Virus record (IMG/VR): IMGVR_UViG_3300029288_002061
Location: 42,040-106,039 of that record
Source: a virus
Taxonomy: Duplodnaviria; Caudoviricetes
DNA length: 64,000 nt
Strand: one strand, 5' to 3'
Part shown: piece after piece, positions 63,101 through 64,000 of the stretch
Layout: each line of letters starts with the position of its first letter
Numbering within the stretch: the first letter of the stretch is position 1
Notes under the pieces: model-generated
The model's input: only the letters and a program-made list of their open reading frames with translations
Databases searched by the model: none
Told to the model about the DNA's origin: nothing
Position numbers and translations under genes: made by a program

Positions 63101-64000
63101 CTGGTTGATGGTACTGTGGATCCTGGAATCTGACTCATCCAACGCGAGCTTTGTCAACGGTCTTACATAGGTCTGTAAGAGCTTCAGCACGCCGCGATAG
63201 TCCAAAACGAGCTGGGCAAGCTCTTGATGATCATTCTCAGCGTATTTGGAGAGGATAGCCTCCCCGGTCGGATACAGCCCTTTCTTATTCCGTTCCATGC
63301 CCTGCTTTGGTACCCATTGGAGTTCATCAAAAAAGAACGCCGATAGTTGTTCCGGACTTCCAATATTCAGTTTGCGGCCCGCCTTAGTATAGAATTCCTG
63401 CGCTATGGCGTCATACTTCTCCAAGAGTGTCTTTTCAAGGTTATGGAGTGTCGGAACATCGACAAACATACCGCGAAGTTCCATGTCTGCCACAATAGGC
63501 AACAATGGCATCTCCAATTCCCAAAACAACTTAGATAATCCCTGCTTTTCAAGATCCGGCAAGAGTTTTTCGTATACCTTGTAACAAAATTCAGTGTCAT
63601 GGCATGCGTATATTTCCTCATCCTTACCGAAAAGAGATCCTGACAGGGAGGACTCTTTATAGGATTCCAAGGTAAGTCCGAAAAGTTCATGGGTAAGGCC
63701 GTCTTTACCCTTTAGGTTCAAGCGTCCAATCCGGTTTTCGTCAAGAATCCATGCCATAACCTTCGTACAGCATATCTTGTTATAGAAGGCTGTCTTATGC
63801 CGTTGCAGCATTTGAAGGTCAAACTTGGCATTATGAAGGATAGCCAGCTTCTGACCGTCGAGGAAAACGGGTTCAAAGGACTTAAAAAGCTTCTCTATAG
63901 GCATTTCCGGCGATGGTTTAAAGTACCATGACCGATACTGGTCTTTTTTGACTTTTACGGTAAAAGCGGCCCCGATAATGACATCGGATCTGACTTCCAA
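60143..64000 (-). CDS. polA: DNA polymerase family A with a 3'-5' exonuclease and three inteins (5' end outside the window)
   Basis: HNAKFD, YACHD, TGRF|SSSSPNLQN, AD-E|SQLELR, KATNFGLIYG and QVHDEI motifs. Confidence 0.95.
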   Translation of the reverse strand: MEVRSDVIIGAAFTVKVKKDQYRSWYFKPSPEMPIEKLFKSFEPVFLDGQKLAILHNAKFDLQMLQRHKTAFYNKICCTKVMAWILDENRIGRLNLKGKDGLTHELFGLTLESYKESSLSGSLFGKDEEIYACHDTEFCYKVYEKLLPDLEKQGLSKLFWELEMPLLPIVADMELRGMFVDVPTLHNLEKTLLEKYDAIAQEFYTKAGRKLNIGSPEQLSAFFFDELQWVPKQGMERNKKGLYPTGEAILSKYAENDHQELAQLVLDYRGVLKLLQTYVRPLTKLALDESDSRIHSTINQTGTVTGRFCVSADTDVVCSNGTFPITQVKAGDYVLTHEGRFRKVLNVIYKGMERMWVVRTFRNHKIRCTMNHRFLTPEGWKSLREIHFNDQVKVMEGAELVYDTLSWFMPSEVEDVWDLEVEEDHSYVGNGFVNHNSSSSPNLQNCFDDKTEILTDSGWKLFKDLDKTEYVKAFNKKDGSYRWEKPTAYVCRPFSGDLVSVQGAAVDMVMTKEHNCILLYNRGKLEKTAGEWKDFAADLYPNSQSYYQPILDISFDGTIIGIDYVSTYSLETCNVSYTGTVYCVTVPSGYIVVRRNGKIALTGNCPREKGTIKQAFKSPPGKSLIVADECVAEGTKIATSTGVQTIESIVQGTQVVQEDGSYRTVLRVAQSGIKPCLLMTTKCGYSLAATKDHKIRVIDPNGNYVWKLLGQVSSGDFVAISSNWLRGGSSPLPDIQFTHHNNKGISTPGMTTTEFARFCGFVTGNGTMPERCRYVGWVVCDKDKDVDVELASFFTRVFSRSFSTSAYRGVIEHKVSSTPLVCWLKELGVAKDRIPGFVWTGGPAIAGAWLSGLFDSDGCCTLGLDGRVSFCSSRQSLVYDAQDLLLGLGIPSSTRKQKQTVLRTDGKPHYKDSKEHFAWCLSINSTGLQAFKDKVGFGASRKASRLDELIRSKSKVNPKSGGLPNQQERVKTLTKNGILTGEPRRLLNNTSVRNTPITPIVLSKVKGLTDGSLFRHDLIENGVIFLPVVSVEDIGMKNTYDLEVEDTHTFISNGFITHNSQLELRIMAHLSQDPTMLDIYRTGGDIHKATQDAIGCKERNVAKATNFGLIYGMGPQTFQANLWRTARIALSIAECQKFDRAFFQKYPAIKDYHDKVDQFLRRHKYVKTLTGRRRHLADETKANYGSALRQAINFTVQGLGADIVKIAMRNFQRELRKNRIENVLWEDVFMVMQVHDEIVIEAPLEIAQEASDLLKHCMETAVILSIPLIADPKIAGPDGSWEDCK
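60824..62113 (-). mobile_element. PolA intein 3 with a LAGLIDADG endonuclease (430 aa)
   Basis: CVAEGT...TKDHKI...WLSGLFDSDG...YDLEVEDTHTF...THN followed by S. Confidence 0.92.
62189..62665 (-). mobile_element. PolA intein 2, mini-intein (159 aa)
   Basis: CFDDKTEILTDSGWK...TKEH...VYCVTVPSG...RRNGK...TGN followed by C. Confidence 0.9.
62525..62542. repeat. Palindrome copy 18 (inside PolA mini-intein 2)
   Basis: TCTGCATACGTATGCAGT. Confidence 0.93.
62693..63076 (-). mobile_element. PolA intein 1, mini-intein (128 aa)
   Basis: CVSADT...TMNHRF...WDLEVEEDHSY...NHN followed by S. Confidence 0.9.

Noticed and set aside
1-64000. Apparent scarcity of CCWGG relative to CCGG (restriction-site avoidance)
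   Set aside because: Impression only; it needs an observed/expected k-mer count that I cannot run.

Overview
A 64-kb slice of a large tailed dsDNA phage genome with a contractile tail; the host cannot be identified from the sequence. Almost all genes are on the minus strand. In transcription order (high to low coordinate) the window holds: (1) replication and recombination genes: family A DNA polymerase with three inteins, SF2 helicase, RecA-like recombinase with an intein and a Cys-rich insertion, HNH and PD-(D/E)XK nucleases, and an actin/MreB-like ATPase; (2) an early region of small ORFs with sigma70-type promoters, an ArdC-like antirestriction gene, an expanded paralog family and a DNA methyltransferase; (3) a non-coding stretch with the only plus-strand ORFs; (4) TerS, a ~10 kb block of probable head-packaged proteins including a kinase-ADP-ribosyltransferase fusion, and TerL; (5) a fibre/decoration cluster, portal, protease/scaffold, major capsid, neck, sheath and two tube genes. 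Signals not shown by the ORF track: an 18-bp palindrome (ACTGCATACGTHTGCAGT) at 18 dispersed sites, 11 of them inside genes; a 216-nt ORF-less group I intron splitting a small gene; two in-frame TAA codons in neighbouring virion genes; a shared W-x3-DG-x1-2-WW tag on four putative cargo proteins; and a second conserved promoter-like motif. All family assignments are by eye from motifs; no searches were run.
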